From Octopus sinensis (Eukaryota): a stretch of 64,000 nt of DNA. Shown here in pieces: positions 37,018 to 49,896 of this stretch. Each line of letters begins with the position of its first letter. The stretch's first letter is position 1. The DNA lies in NCBI RefSeq assembly GCF_006345805.1, contig NC_043014.1, positions 26,040,001-26,104,000 on the forward strand, given 5' to 3'. Position numbers and translations under genes: made by a program. The notes beneath the pieces are model-generated. The model searched no databases and was not told the origin of the DNA. It saw nothing but the letters and a program-made list of their open reading frames with translations.

Positions 37018-39151
37018 ATGGAGAAGGAAGCAGACAAAAGGCGACTGTTAGTAAGAGTGACAAAGGCGAAGAACAGTCTCACTCAGGAAGAACTGGACGC
37101 AAGAAGAATAAAAAATATATTATTAAATCAATCACCAGAAATGAGAAAAGAGAGAAGAGCACAAGATGTAAGACGACAGGCTCGAAGTCGTCAAAATGAA
37201 AAGGGGAACCTCATTGCACAAAGGAGAGATATCCAAAGACAGAGAGAAGCACAAAAGCGCCAAGATGAAACAGAACAGCAAGCAACAGAGAGGGGAGAAT
37301 ATCTAAGAATAAGAGTATCACAAAGGCGACAAGATGAAACGGAAGAGCAAGAAGCAGAGAGGAGAAAAGATCTAAGAATGAGAACATCGCAAAGGCGACA
37401 AGATGAAACGGAAGAGCAAGAAGCAGAGAGGAGAAAAGATCTAAGAATGAGAACATCGCAAAGGCGACAAGATGAAACGGAAGAGCAAGACGCAGAGAGG
37501 AGAAAAGATCTAAGAATGAGAACATCGCAAAGGCGACAAGATGAAACGGAAGAGCAAGACGCAGAGAGGAGAAAAGACCTAAGAATGAGAACATCGCAAA
37601 GGCGACAAGATGAAATCGAAGAGCAAGAAGCAGAGAGGAGAAAAGATCTAAGAATGAGAACATCGCAAAGGCGACAATATGAAATGGAAGAACAAGAAGC
37701 AGAGAGGAGAAAAGATCTAAGAATGAGAACATCGCAAATGCGACAAGATGAAACGGAAGAGCAAGAAGCAGAGAGGAGAAAAGATCTAAGAATGAGAACA
37801 TCGCAAAGGCGACAAGATGAAACGGAAGAGCAAGACGCAGAGAGGAGAAAAGATCTAAGAATGAGAACATCGCAAAGGCGACAAGATGAAACGGAAGAGC
37901 AAGAAGCAGAGAGAGAGAAAAGACCTAAGAATGAGAACATCGCAAAGGCGACAAGATGAAAGGAAGAGCAAGAAGCAGAGAGGAGAAAAGATCTAAGAAT
38001 GAGAACATCGCAAAGGCGACAATATGAAATGGAAGAACAAGAAGCAGAGAGGAGAAAAGATCTAAGAATGAGAACATCGCAAAGGCGACAAGATGAAATC
38101 GAAGAGCAAGAAGCAGAGAGGAGAAAAGACCTAAGAATGAGAACATCGCAAATGCGACAAGATGAAACGGAAGAGCAAGAAGCAGAGAGGAGAAAAGATC
38201 TAAGAATGAGAACATCGCAAAGGCGACAAGATGAAATGGAAGAGCAAGAAGCAGAGAGGAGAAAAGATCTAAGAATGAGAACATCGCAAAGCGACAAGAT
38301 GAAACGGAAGAGCAAGACGCAGAGAGGAGAAAAGATCTAAGAATGAGAACATCGCAAAGGCGACAAGATGAAACGGAAGAGCAAGACGCAGAGAGGAGAA
38401 AAGACCTAAGAATGAGAACATCGCAAAGGCGACAAGATGAAATGGAAGAGCAAGAAGCAGAGAGGAGAAAAGATCTAAGAATGAGAACATCGCAAAGGCG
38501 ACAATATGAAATGGAAGAACAAGAAGCAGAGAGGAGAAAAGATCTAAGAATGAGAACATCGCAAAGGCGACAAGATGAAATCGAAGAGCAAGAAGCAGAG
38601 AGGAGAAAAGACCTAAGAATGAGAACATCGCAAATGCGACAAGATGAAACGGAAGAGCAAGAAGCAGAGAGGAGAAAAGATCTAAGAATGAGAACATCGC
38701 AAAGGCGACAAGATGAAATGGAAGAGCAAGAAGCAGAGAGGAGAAAAGATCTAAGAATGAGAACATCGCAAAGGCGACAAGATGAAATGGAAGAACAAGA
38801 AGCAGAGAGGAGAAAAGATCTAAGAATGAGAACATCGCAAATGCGACAAGATGAAATGGAAGAGCAAGAAGCAGAGAGAAGAAAAGATCTAAGAATGAGA
38901 ACATCGCAAATGCGACAAGATGAAATGGAAGAGCAAGAAGCAGAGAGGAGGAAAGATCTAAGAATGAGAACATCGCAAATGCGACAAGATGAAACGGAAG
39001 AGCAAGAAGCAGAGAGGAGGAAAGATCTAAGAATGAGAACATCGCAAATGCGACAAGATGAAACGGAAGAGCAAGCAGCTCAAAGGAGAGAAATCGAAAG
39101 AGAGCGAATAACGCAAAGGCTCCAAGGGGAAACAGAAGAGCAAGCAGCAGA

Positions 39152-39222
<71 letters not shown>

Positions 39223-39224
39223 AG
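37018..39224 (+). pseudogene. Helitron N-terminal coding region with 23-aa repeats, frameshifted
   Basis: ORFs 37018-37959, 37999-38340 and 38343-39224 are one reading frame broken by 1-nt indels near 37912, 37950 and 38290. Confidence 0.85.
37321..39044 (+). repeat. 25 tandem copies of a 69-bp unit encoding ETEEQEAERRKDLRMRTSQRRQD
   Basis: The unit start recurs at 37321, 37390 and onward to 39045 (1724 bp = 25 x 69 - 1). Diverged units lie on either side. Confidence 0.97.
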
Positions 39225-41799
39225 AAAAGGAAACTGAAGAAGCAAATGTTTGCAGAGAACGAATGAAGAGGAGAATGGAATAATTAATTAATACTGAAAC
39301 AGAAGAACGAAGAAATAATCTAAGACAGCGGAATGCGAATGCCATGAGAGTTGTACGAAGAGTTGACAATCATGAAAATTTAATAAATAATCATACTTAT
39401 AATGAGGAGAATGTTCAGTTCAGGTTCGTAACTGTGGTCATATGAACACATTGTGTCAGCTTTTTTGTGTTTTGATTCAGAGCGACCATCAGACGGATGC
39501 TTTAACAGTTGCTGCCACAAAGGGGAAGTCCTGCCTCCAGTTCGAAGAGAATTTCCTCCATACTAACGATGTCTGTTGTCAGGCCCTCAACATCCACATT
39601 ATGTTAACTTCAAAGACAACATAAGGTCATACAACTCTGCCCTATCTTTCACATCTATGGGTGCTCACATTGATGACCCACAAGGACGAGGTCCATTATG
39701 TTTCAGAGTACACGGCCAGATTTATCACTGGACTGAATTTGCACAGAGACAGTTTGCGCAACTGTATGTGGTTGACAGCGTTCAAGCCACTGCAGTGCAG
39801 GCTAAGAATGTAGCAAATAAAAGATGTATACTTGAGGTGATGCACATATTGGATGAGATTATCAGAGATAACAATGTCTATGCAGCATCTTACAGGACAT
39901 TACGAGAAGTAGAACTACATGAAGAGCAGCATGCCTAACAAGAACAGATGCCCTTTTCTGTCGTAAATTTAGTCTTCAACAGGAATTGCACTGCTGATTA
40001 GCGGAAAAAACAATTTACCAGCAGTTAATGAAACAGCTACGGTCTTCAGCAATACTGACGGCGAGCCACCATGCAACAGAGACTTCAAAGCTTACCCAAG
40101 AAACAATGAAGTCCCTGTGATCAGTCTGAACATTCTTAGCCCCAAACGCGACCCAATGACGTATGTATTATTCTTTTCATATGGAGAGACAGGCTGGCAA
40201 CCGCATATGAGTGGTAATAAAAATAGAGCAAACTCAAGACAAAATGTTACAATGCTCCAACATAAAGCATCTCTTAACAGGAGTTAGAGATGGTGAATTC
40301 AACCCAGTTATCCATGGAAGCAAGCTCTTCCAACAATGATCAGTAAACTCTTACCTGCAAGCCGAAGGTAACAATATAAATTTTGTGAAGAACCATCAGC
40401 ACAGGTTAAATGTATTGGTTGATCCTGAAAGAATTAATCAAATTGTCTGTGCTGAGATCCCAGATCCCGTCACTGAACCTTGTCTACTTGAAACAGTAAA
40501 AAGGTGCATGATCCATGGGCCCTGTGGTGATCTCAATCCTGCTGCTCCCTGCATGAAAAATAAGTGTCTTAAAGAATTTCCAAAGGAGTATCAACGATAG
40601 ACACGGATAAACCCAAACTGTTACTCGCTGTATAGGCGACGTCGAGCGGCATTAGTTCGAGTTCGCAACCATGCAATAAACAGCCGATATGTAGTGCCCT
40701 ACAATGACTATCTGCGCCGTAAGTTCAATGTTCATATTTGTGTTGAGATTTACCTCTTCGTCTCCTCGGAGAAATATATTTACAAGTATATCTACAAGGG
40801 ATATGACTCCATTAATGTTGACATTAATGAAACAACTTCAAACAATGAGATTGTATATGATGAAGTACGCAACCATTTAGACGCTAGGTATGTGAGCGCT
40901 CCTAGAAGTATGTGGTGCCTGCTTGAGAATAAAATGCATGACAGATCTCATTCTGTCTGCCTGTCCATCTGCCACAAGAGCTACTTATATAATTTGAAGA
41001 GGGTCAAGAGAGACAGGCACTTGAGTGAGCAACACAAAAGAACACACCACTGACAGCTTGGTATCTTCTGAATCAAACAGATGAAAATGCCCGGAACTTG
41101 CATTATTCGGATATTCCGTACAGTTATGTCTTCAATAAGCAAACTACTGTTTGAAAGTGTAGACAAAACGGAGGTGATAAAGTCATCTCCAGACTGCACA
41201 GCATTAGCTCGAAGGATGAGGAACGATGTTTCTTGAAGCTCGAAGTTATGAGGATATAAAAACAATAGATGGTGTAGTCTGCAGCTCATTTAAAGAAGCT
41301 GTTCTCTCAAGAAATTTTGTTCAAAATAATGAAGAATGGCATAGGTGCATAGTAGAAGCATCCCTTACATGTATCCCATTTCAATTAGTCAATTGTTTGC
41401 TCCCATTTGCATCTAAACACCCTAGCTAACCCTTTACAGCTGTACCACCAGTTTGAAGAGGATATGAATTCGCCCAAACCATTCGGTGGAAAAGTGCTGC
41501 TACTTGGCGGAGGTTTCAGACAAACTGCACCTATCATCCCAGGAGGATCTAATGCAGCAGTAACTGAGTCCTCAATTAAGCAATCTCCTCTCTGGCATTT
41601 CGTAGCAAAATTCAGTTTGACAGAAAATATGCGCATGGCTGGACAAGATGACTTCAACAGGTGGCTATTAAAGTTTGGAAATGGAACCCTCTTCAACAAT
41701 GAAGGGCTGGAAGAAAACCACAAAGACATTCCCCAAAATTATGGTATCTACAAATAACATTGTTAGAGAAGTTTTGAGGGAAGAATTATTACTAGACAA

Positions 41800-42403
41800 T
41801 GATGAGGCAGTTGAAAGAGTGTTTTGATAATTTATTCACATATCTTGTAACCCCACCTTCTTTCCTATAGGCGTAGTATAATTTAGAGTTCATGTTTAAA
41901 GTAGTATCAAAGAAATTTAATACTTTTGTGTCATATTCATATGTAATACTTAAGTTAAAGTTTTTGAAACTTTTTATAATTCTCGTTCTCATTCTTTTTA
42001 TGATTGATTTATTGTTGCTAGGGATGATGAATAGAGCATCATCTCTATATAGACCTCCCTGTAATTCAGGGATTTCCCTATTTAGGCACCTTAAAAGGTA
42101 CTGTATTTGTGATTTCGGTCGAGTCGCTCGAGCCCGTTAGCTATATCAAAGTTTTCTGGGGTATCAGCCCTAGTCCAAAGTTTACCCTCAAATTCTATAA
42201 TAGTTTTTCTAGCTAACAGAATAATATCAATTTTATCCCTAGTTATAAAAGAGAAGTTTTTAGCAAAAATAAGAGACTTATTGAGAATTACCTTATCTGT
42301 ATCAATCCATAATTTTAGAGTTAGGTTGGGAATTATAAGGGTAGAATATTGTCAAGAATAGACTTGCTAAGCCGACCAATGGCAGACTTAGTCGGGCAAA
42401 TTT
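41800..42403 (-). mobile_element. PLE RT fragment inserted in the Helitron helicase region
   Basis: Reverse complement of 29727-30177, extended by FNLSITYEYDTKVLNFFDTTL...RYVN, which matches the RT at 50.6-50.8 kb. Confidence 0.85.
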
Positions 42404-42404
42404 A

Positions 42405-42440
<36 letters not shown>

Positions 42441-42466
42441 TGTATGTATGTATGTATGTATGTATG

Positions 42467-42500
<34 letters not shown>

Positions 42501-42594
42501 TGTATGTATGTATGTATATATATATATATAAACTTACACTCGTGTGTGTATGTGTATGCATATATATATATTTATATTTATATATATACATATA

Positions 42595-42833
42595 TATAAT
42601 ATATCTGTAAATGTAATATGTGACAAGTATTCGGTAGCCATGATAAAACTCCGAGTTTCGGATGCCGAGGTGGAAGTCCACGCCGCCACTTCTTCAGTTA
42701 TCTGTCCATCGGAAAAAAAAACCCGAATAACTGAAGAGATGGCGGCGTGGATTTCCACCTCGGCATCCGAAACTCAGAGTTTTATCATGGCTACTGAATA
42801 ATTGTCACATATTACATTTACAGATATATTATA
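42595..42833. repeat. Palindrome D2 (107-bp arms 42595-42701 and 42727-42833) with hammerhead motifs
   Basis: Same arms and spacer as D1. Motifs at 42727-42785 (+) and 42643-42701 (-). Confidence 0.92.
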
Positions 42834-43419
42834 TTGAAGAGGCATTCGATAGCCATGTTGCAAAGGAACCTGAACCCAAGGAGAGGTTTACTCAATGGGA
42901 CCTGAATCTTAGTGCTGTCCATCAAGGAGAGGAGGCCTTTATGCTGCGCATCAGCTTCCGTCCCAGTGAGACAACCCTTTCCTTCAGTAGGAGTAGACGA
43001 TAGTTTCCTGTTACTCCAGTATTTGCAATGACTATAAACAAATCACAAGGGCAGAGCTTCAATAATGCTGGCCTCATTCTACCATCACCAGTATTCAGCC
43101 TCGGACAACTTTATGTTGCATTGAATAGAAGAACAAGCAGGAATAATATTAAAAAGTTGGTAAAGAACCATACAAAACAAGGCAAACTTATTGGTGGTAG
43201 AGTTTTCACAACAAACGTTGTGTTGAAACAGTTATTAAGATAAAGGTTGTATTTTATTTTCCGCATAATTTTCATGTCGTCATTTCTGACGGCACGAGAA
43301 CACTAGTATACATATACTGTACACACACATGCATACATGGGTTAAAGTGTGTTTTGTGTGTGGAGGTTACATACATACAAACATACATACATACATACAT
43401 ACATACATACATACATACA

Positions 43420-43451
<32 letters not shown>

Positions 43452-44476
43452 CGCATGTACATGCTCAACAAAATTCTGCACATTTTCCATGACATTTCAC
43501 TCAAATATTTTGGCGAACCCAATACTTTCGCTCAATATAGAATGATCTCAAGTAAGTGATTTACATAGATCACTCGTATTTTTGAATTAACTGCTTGCGA
43601 TTTGAACACCCAAACATGCAACTCTTCATGGAAGCACTCTTAACCGACTGAAATGGCTCGGTTGAAAGAAAACGAACATAACGGATCAATCTTTTTCGTG
43701 AAGTCAAAAGCGGAAGTATTCCCTCGACAGCGAATGCTTGATTTATCATTGTCCCATTTCGTCATTTGCTGATTAATATCGCTTCCCTAACACTGTTAGA
43801 TTATCGTATCAGTTTGCACACAGCCTCAACTCGCACAAAAAATTAAAAATAACAAATTAAAAAAACTTCAGAAAACAGGGGATAGAAAAGCAAATGTAAA
43901 AACAAGATACAAACAAAAATATGGGCCAGAGGCAGTATGATGAGTGACGGGGGACGGGATATAAGAGCGCCTAAAACTAAAATATAAAGGATGGCATTAA
44001 ATATTGTTGACAGGTTGTTACCACATGTTCTGGAAAGGGACTGCCCTTTGTTGTTCGTGAAGTTGTTGTAGTTGTTGTTAGCGTAGTCTTTTTGTTGAGA
44101 TTTTGTTGCTGTTTGTATTAATGTCGATCGTCTGGAATAAGGAGTTAAGATAGATAAAATTCGGATCCCTGGCGTAATTAATTTAAGGAAAATTGGGGTA
44201 AGCTGACCTAATTTTCAATGAAAACATTGAGTAACCTAAGACAGAAGGAATACAAATGATTCCTGGAATTTTAATCATGTATATTTAGGTCGAAGAGAAA
44301 ATATTTGTTCCTCCAATTTAACCAAACCAAATCCTAACTGTAAAATGAGATGTGATTTAACTACAAAAGCCAAAACGCAAATCTGGAAGACAGTGTAATA
44401 CTACTACTGGATAGCAGAGGGTGAATCTGAAGGTGGACGAGTTTTATACCGTACTCTACCACGTTCTTAACAGAAT

Positions 44477-44544
<68 letters not shown>

Positions 44545-44548
<4 letters not shown>

Positions 44549-44650
44549 TTATTCTGTCGGTCTCTTCTTGCCGAATCGCTAGGTTACGGAGACGTAAACA
44601 CACCAATATTGGTTGCCAAACGATGGCAGAGGCACAAACACAAACACACG
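44545..44650 (-). mobile_element. SINE, family A, fragment
   Basis: GTACTTATTCTGTCGGTCTC...GTAAACACACCAA. Confidence 0.6.
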
Positions 44651-44737
44651 CATACTTTTATGTATGTATGTATGTATGTATGTATGTATGTATGTATGTA
44701 TGTATGTATGTATGTATGTATGTATGTATGTTTATGT

Positions 44738-47700
44738 CAGGTCACTTTCGAGTACTACTGGTAACATGTAACCCAGTACAACCTGCTGCATGGTCGGGTC
44801 GTCGGCGACTAAACCGGCAACCCCACCAAGCTTGCTTGGTGAGGAGGGTGTTTATTGGATGAAAAACAAAACGCGTCAAAGGGCGGAGGGACTCTTGAGA
44901 GTCTACGGCCATCCAATAAATGCCTTAAGGAGGTATCATGCGCGGGGACATAGAAATAATCGGACTGAATACCCGATCGCGCGGTTAAACCATTGGGAGT
45001 GAAGGACTCCAAGCCTTTGTTAGGGCATCCTTCTAGGAGAAGGTAACTCAGGTAACTGGGATAACTCCGACATAAAACCTGCGGCTCAGTGGTTACCGAT
45101 GATGTTGACTTGTTCTTCTTTTCGGATTATGGCTGCTGTTGCTTAGTGAGTGGGATTGACTCAGTGCACAGCTTTTCCTCACTTTAAAAAAAATCTTTTT
45201 GCACAGGTATTGCACGATAACTACATTGGATTGATTAAAGTGATTAACTAATTCATGACTGTTGATAGTGCTGTGAGTCTCAACTGAATGGTCAAGCAGT
45301 GTCCGTACATTCCAGCAGCCAATATTCATTATTTTCTTTGGTTCTATCACAGTAGCATGATGACGGCCGGGTTCAGACTGTGATGCTCTGGAGCCCCTGG
45401 CGGGCCAGACTCTTTCAGCCGATGTGGTTCCAGATTCCTTACTGCCATTTATTTTTATACTGTTTTGGTACATCATTGATTTTTGCTTTTTAAGATATTG
45501 GGGGGGATTGGCCGACCCTTAAAAAGTCAGTTTATGATATAGGCAAAAAAGTTTTGGGATTGATACAAAGAAAGCATCAAGATTGGTTCAAAGAAAATGA
45601 TGAACATATAGATGATTTATTGGCTGATAAAAGACGTACTTTGTCACGCTATTTGTCAGCAAAGTCACAGGAAAGGGAAGTGTTGCATAGGGAACTCAAG
45701 GACGTAAAATCACGTGTGAGGCAAAAGCTCTCTCAGATGAGGGATACGTGGTGGAGTAAGAAGGCTGACGAGATACAGGCGGCATCAGATTCCAATAACA
45801 CAAAGCTGTTGTATGGTCTCTTGCGAGAAGTTTATGGACCGACATCTTCCCTGATGATACCAATTCGAAGCAGGGATGGTAAAGAACTTCGTGATTCACA
45901 AGGAATTCTGCAAAGGTGGCAAGAACACTTTGATGAACTTTTGAATCAGCAGTCTGTAGTTAGTGAGGATGTTCTCAATCTCATCCCTGGATTGCCTGTG
46001 AAGGCAGCACTCGCAGAACCACCAAAGTTGGAAGAAGTTGCAATGGCTGTCTCAAGGTTGAATAATGGGAAGTCTCCGGGTATGGATGGCATACATGCGA
46101 AGTTGTTACAGCATGGTAGTGAGAAAATTCTGCAGAAACTTCACTCTTTGTTTGGTAAGGTATGGACTAGTGAATCTGTACCTGAGGACGGAGAGACGCA
46201 GTAATGGTGGTCCTGTATAAGGCAACAGGAATGATTGTGGTAATTATAGGGGAATATCATTACTGTCTGCTGTAGGAAAGGTTTTATGCAGGATACTTCT
46301 GGATCGTCTGCTGAAATACATTGCAGATTGTGTTCTTCCAGAAAGTCAATCTGGCTTTCGTGTGGGACGCGGCACTGCTGATATGATCTTTTCAGCTAGA
46401 CAGCTTCAGGAAAAGTGTGTGGAACAGGGTCTGGATTTGTATCAGGTGTTTGTCGATCTGACAAAAGCTTTTGACACCGTCAATAGAAAAGCATTGCGGA
46501 AAGTCCTCCAGAAACTTGGGTGTCCTGAAAAGTTCCTTGCTTTGGTTAGGTCTTTTCATGTTATAGGGAAGATGTTGGAGCCCATTTCAATACAAAATGG
46601 AGTGAAACAGGGGGATATTCTGGCACCGACCCTATTTTCCATATATTTCGCGATAGTGTTCTGTATTGCATTCAGAAACTGCAGATACGGTGTTTGCGTC
46701 CATTATCGAACCTCTGGCAGCATATTTAATATCAGGCGCCTTGCTGCAAAAACAAAGATATTTACCTCTATCATAAGAGACCTTTTGTATGCTGATGATT
46801 GTGAGCTAGTAGCACACACAGAGATTGATATGCAACACATTTTGAATGCATTCTCTGATGCTTGCACTGCCTTAGGATTGACAGTCAATCTCAAGAAAAC
46901 TGTTGTCATGCATCAACCTGCCCCTGGTAAGCAGTATAGTGTACCAAATATCTATGTGAATGGTAAACGACTTGATGTAGTCGATCAGTTTGTCTACCTG
47001 GGAAGCACTATTAATAGATATGGCAATGTGGATGATGAAGTTCCATATAGAATTAGGAAAGCAAGTGTTGCTTTCGGAAGGCTAGAAAAGCGCCTCTGGA
47101 GTCGGTGAGACATATGCAGAAAGACAAAGATAAAGGTGTACAAGGCATGTGTGCTCCCTTCTCTTCTCTATGCCTGCGAGACGTGGGTCACATATCGATA
47201 CCCCCTTAAACATCTGGAACGTTTCCATCAGATGTGCCTCAGACGGATGTATATCATTAAGTTGAAGGACCGCATCAGTGATCTTGAAATACTTGAAGGC
47301 TCTCGGTGTGTAAGTATGTATAAGGACTTGCTGAAGGCTTCCTTAAGAGATGCTTGCATCTCTCCTGACACATGGGAAGGCATAGCTATTGATCGTAGCA
47401 GGTGGAGAATGATTGTGCATGAAGGGACAACCACGTTTGAGAAATCTCGAGTTGCACATGAGAAAGTAAGGAGGGATGTCAGGAAGGGCATCGCTGTTAC
47501 ACTTCCAGAAGGGAAGGGTCTTCCTTTGATTCTGACATGCAATGTCTGTGCAAGACCCTGCCTCAGTAAAGCTGGACTCATGAGTCATCTTCGTTGTCAT
47601 AAAACGAGACAGATGAGTGACAACCTGGCCACTGGTGGTGGTGTAACACACCATACTAATCATATCTGTCGGGCATGTGGAAGAGAGTGTAATTCGGCAG

Positions 47701-47905
47701 GAGGACTTAAACGACATGCAAAGGTACATGAAGCCCAGTTACAACTACATCGGCTATTGCCAGTAAAGGTCTTAGTTGCCAATTTTGTACAAGACATTGT
47801 AGATCATTAGCTGGGCTAAAAAGTAAAGTCACATTCGATCACAGCACCAGTAACAGTTAAGCTTCGTGCAATGGCCATACTCGATAACGAGGGGGCAGCC
47901 ATAAA
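44738..47905 (+). mobile_element. RTE-clade LINE with 5'UTR, inverted and partly deleted APE, RT and C2H2 tail
   Basis: RKHQDWFKEND, GKSPGMDGI, NYRGISLLSAVGK, FVDLTKAFDTV, GVKQGDILAP, LLYADDC, FVYLGS. (TATG)n on both sides. Confidence 0.92.
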
Positions 47906-49896
47906 ATGTATGTATGTATGTATGTATGTATGTATGTATGTATGTATGTATGTATGTATGTATAAAGTACGAAGGTCACAGACACGAATAGCTAGAAAAC
48001 AGGTGGGAATGATGTTCTATGGGGAAGCTAAGAAGGGAGGAATAGGTAGATGTGAAGATTGATGTAACAGTGTGTATCTCTCCACTGAAAAAGGAGCGGT
48101 GCATTTGTATTAGTGTAGTGTGTGTATGTATGTGTGTGCAAATGTATGGAAAGTGACATTATTTAGTGATGGGGGCGTAGTGTGAAAGCGTGTATATGAG
48201 GTGAGAGGGTGTGCGAGTGTATGGGAATTAGGATTTGATGAAGTGGTATGTTAGAACAAAAGCAAAGGGAAAGATGTTATTGGTGCATTTTCCAGTGCAC
48301 AACAAAACACGTAGAGGTGAGAAAACGAATTTAGGTGTTTAGTGTCAAAACAAAGAGTGAAAGTTATTAAAATTTCAGTTTTAAAATGGGAGGAAAATGT
48401 TGAATTCTATGATGAATAGTCAAAATTATAGTCAGTAAAAGAAATTGATAACTTATCCTGTGAATGGTAAAGGTGTCGAGGAAACAGTTTAAATCACGAA
48501 AAAGATGAATATAGTTTCTATACGATTTCTGCCATTATTTAGTATCATAGTGAAGAATGCTGTTATCATTTATCAGTGAACAAATGTGCGAGACAGCGGT
48601 TTTAAACCTACTGGAACACAACATTTTGGGGTTATGACTGACCCGTTTTTAATAACCCGGTTTCATTCCGCAACCCTTTGATTGTTTATGTATGTATGTT
48701 TTCATACCATTTTGTGGTTGATGTTTTTCCGAGTGTCCGTATTACTGTGGATGCTATTGATTGTAGTAATTTAAATAGCTGATTTTTTAAATATCTTTGG
48801 AACGCCGGTTACTGGTATTTGATGTGTGTATGTGTGTGAGTGTGAAAGACAGAGAGAGGGAGAGAGCAAGAGAGAGAGAGTGGGTGAGGGACAAGATGCA
48901 CGTATTTCTGAGTGCGCACATTTTTCCCGGCGTAAATCAGTGTAGGATGTTTACAACAGCGAGAATATAGCCACTGAATCGGTGCTTTTGAACAAAGAAT
49001 CTCTTTTGTACTTGTTACGTCCGAATTCCACAAAGAAACAATTGTCATTCTTGCCAAAATGAACTAGTGATAGGCACGTTGGAAACTTCTAACTAATGAC
49101 GGTATTGTTCAGGAAATACATGATATAAAATAAATTAGTATTTATCTCAATTAGAGAGTGGATGTAAAGGGTTCTAGAATGAAACAATTACGTGACAAAC
49201 TGGTTGCAGAAATTCCTTAACTGAAATATGATGTTCTTCCAGAGTGTTGGTTTCTCTTAAATGTTTAGAGGAATGTTTGACAGGCAGACAACCACCGCCT
49301 TATTGTAAGAACACTATCCACGTTTACCACTATGTTTTCATAAAACTTATCATCTATATTGGCTTACGTATGTTAGTGCCTTAGATTTATTTTACTGCGC
49401 ATATGGTTATATGCACAAATGTATGTATACATGTATGTGTATATATATTTGGTTTTGGGGCTACGGTAGTTGTCATTGCTAGTATATGTGTATGTATGTT
49501 TGCATCCCTCTCTCCCTCTCTTTCCTAACCCCTCTTTCTACGCATTGTGTGTGTGTGCGTGCATACATATTCTTAATGTATATATCTCATTACATCTCTA
49601 CTTCTGTCCCTATATTGATGAGTCAATCTTTCTTCTTGCCACTTACCCTTTTAATATTTTCTTAATCCTCCACCCCTCTCATTACACAGCCAAAGCAAAA
49701 TCCGTGTTCCTGTTGTATGGCACTGAGAGAAAAGCAAGTCAACGAAAGCAAGACACGAGAATTGCTCTTCTAACATGTTGTGTTTCTTCTTACATAAAGT
49801 ATCTCAAAAGATATGGAAGGCAACATTACTGAAATGGTGCTATAACTATTGTTTTGACATCCAAAATATTAAAACGCGTTAAAGATATACAGGTGA

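Larger units (their letters stand above)
36474..43306 (+). mobile_element. Helitron, Rep/Pif1-helicase type, defective
   Basis: A|TC...TAATATAATAATG start (36474 or 36477). Hairpin at 43275-43294 and CTAG|T at 43303-43307. Motifs NIRSYNSALSFTSMG...FRVHGQIYH, CAEIPDP...MIHGPCG, VPYN...KYIYKYIYKG, PFGGKVLLLGGGFRQ, and AMTINKSQGQS...GQLYVAL. HUH and Walker A/B motifs were not seen. Confidence 0.93.

Noticed and set aside
37321-39044. 69-bp array as a CRISPR-like array
   Set aside because: There are no unique spacers, the context is eukaryotic, and the unit is in frame within a transposon ORF.
37191-39369. Long hydrophobic minus-strand ORFs (up to 374 aa)
   Set aside because: They are antisense shadows of the purine-rich 69-bp array. 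The plus frame is continuous with Helitron coding sequence.
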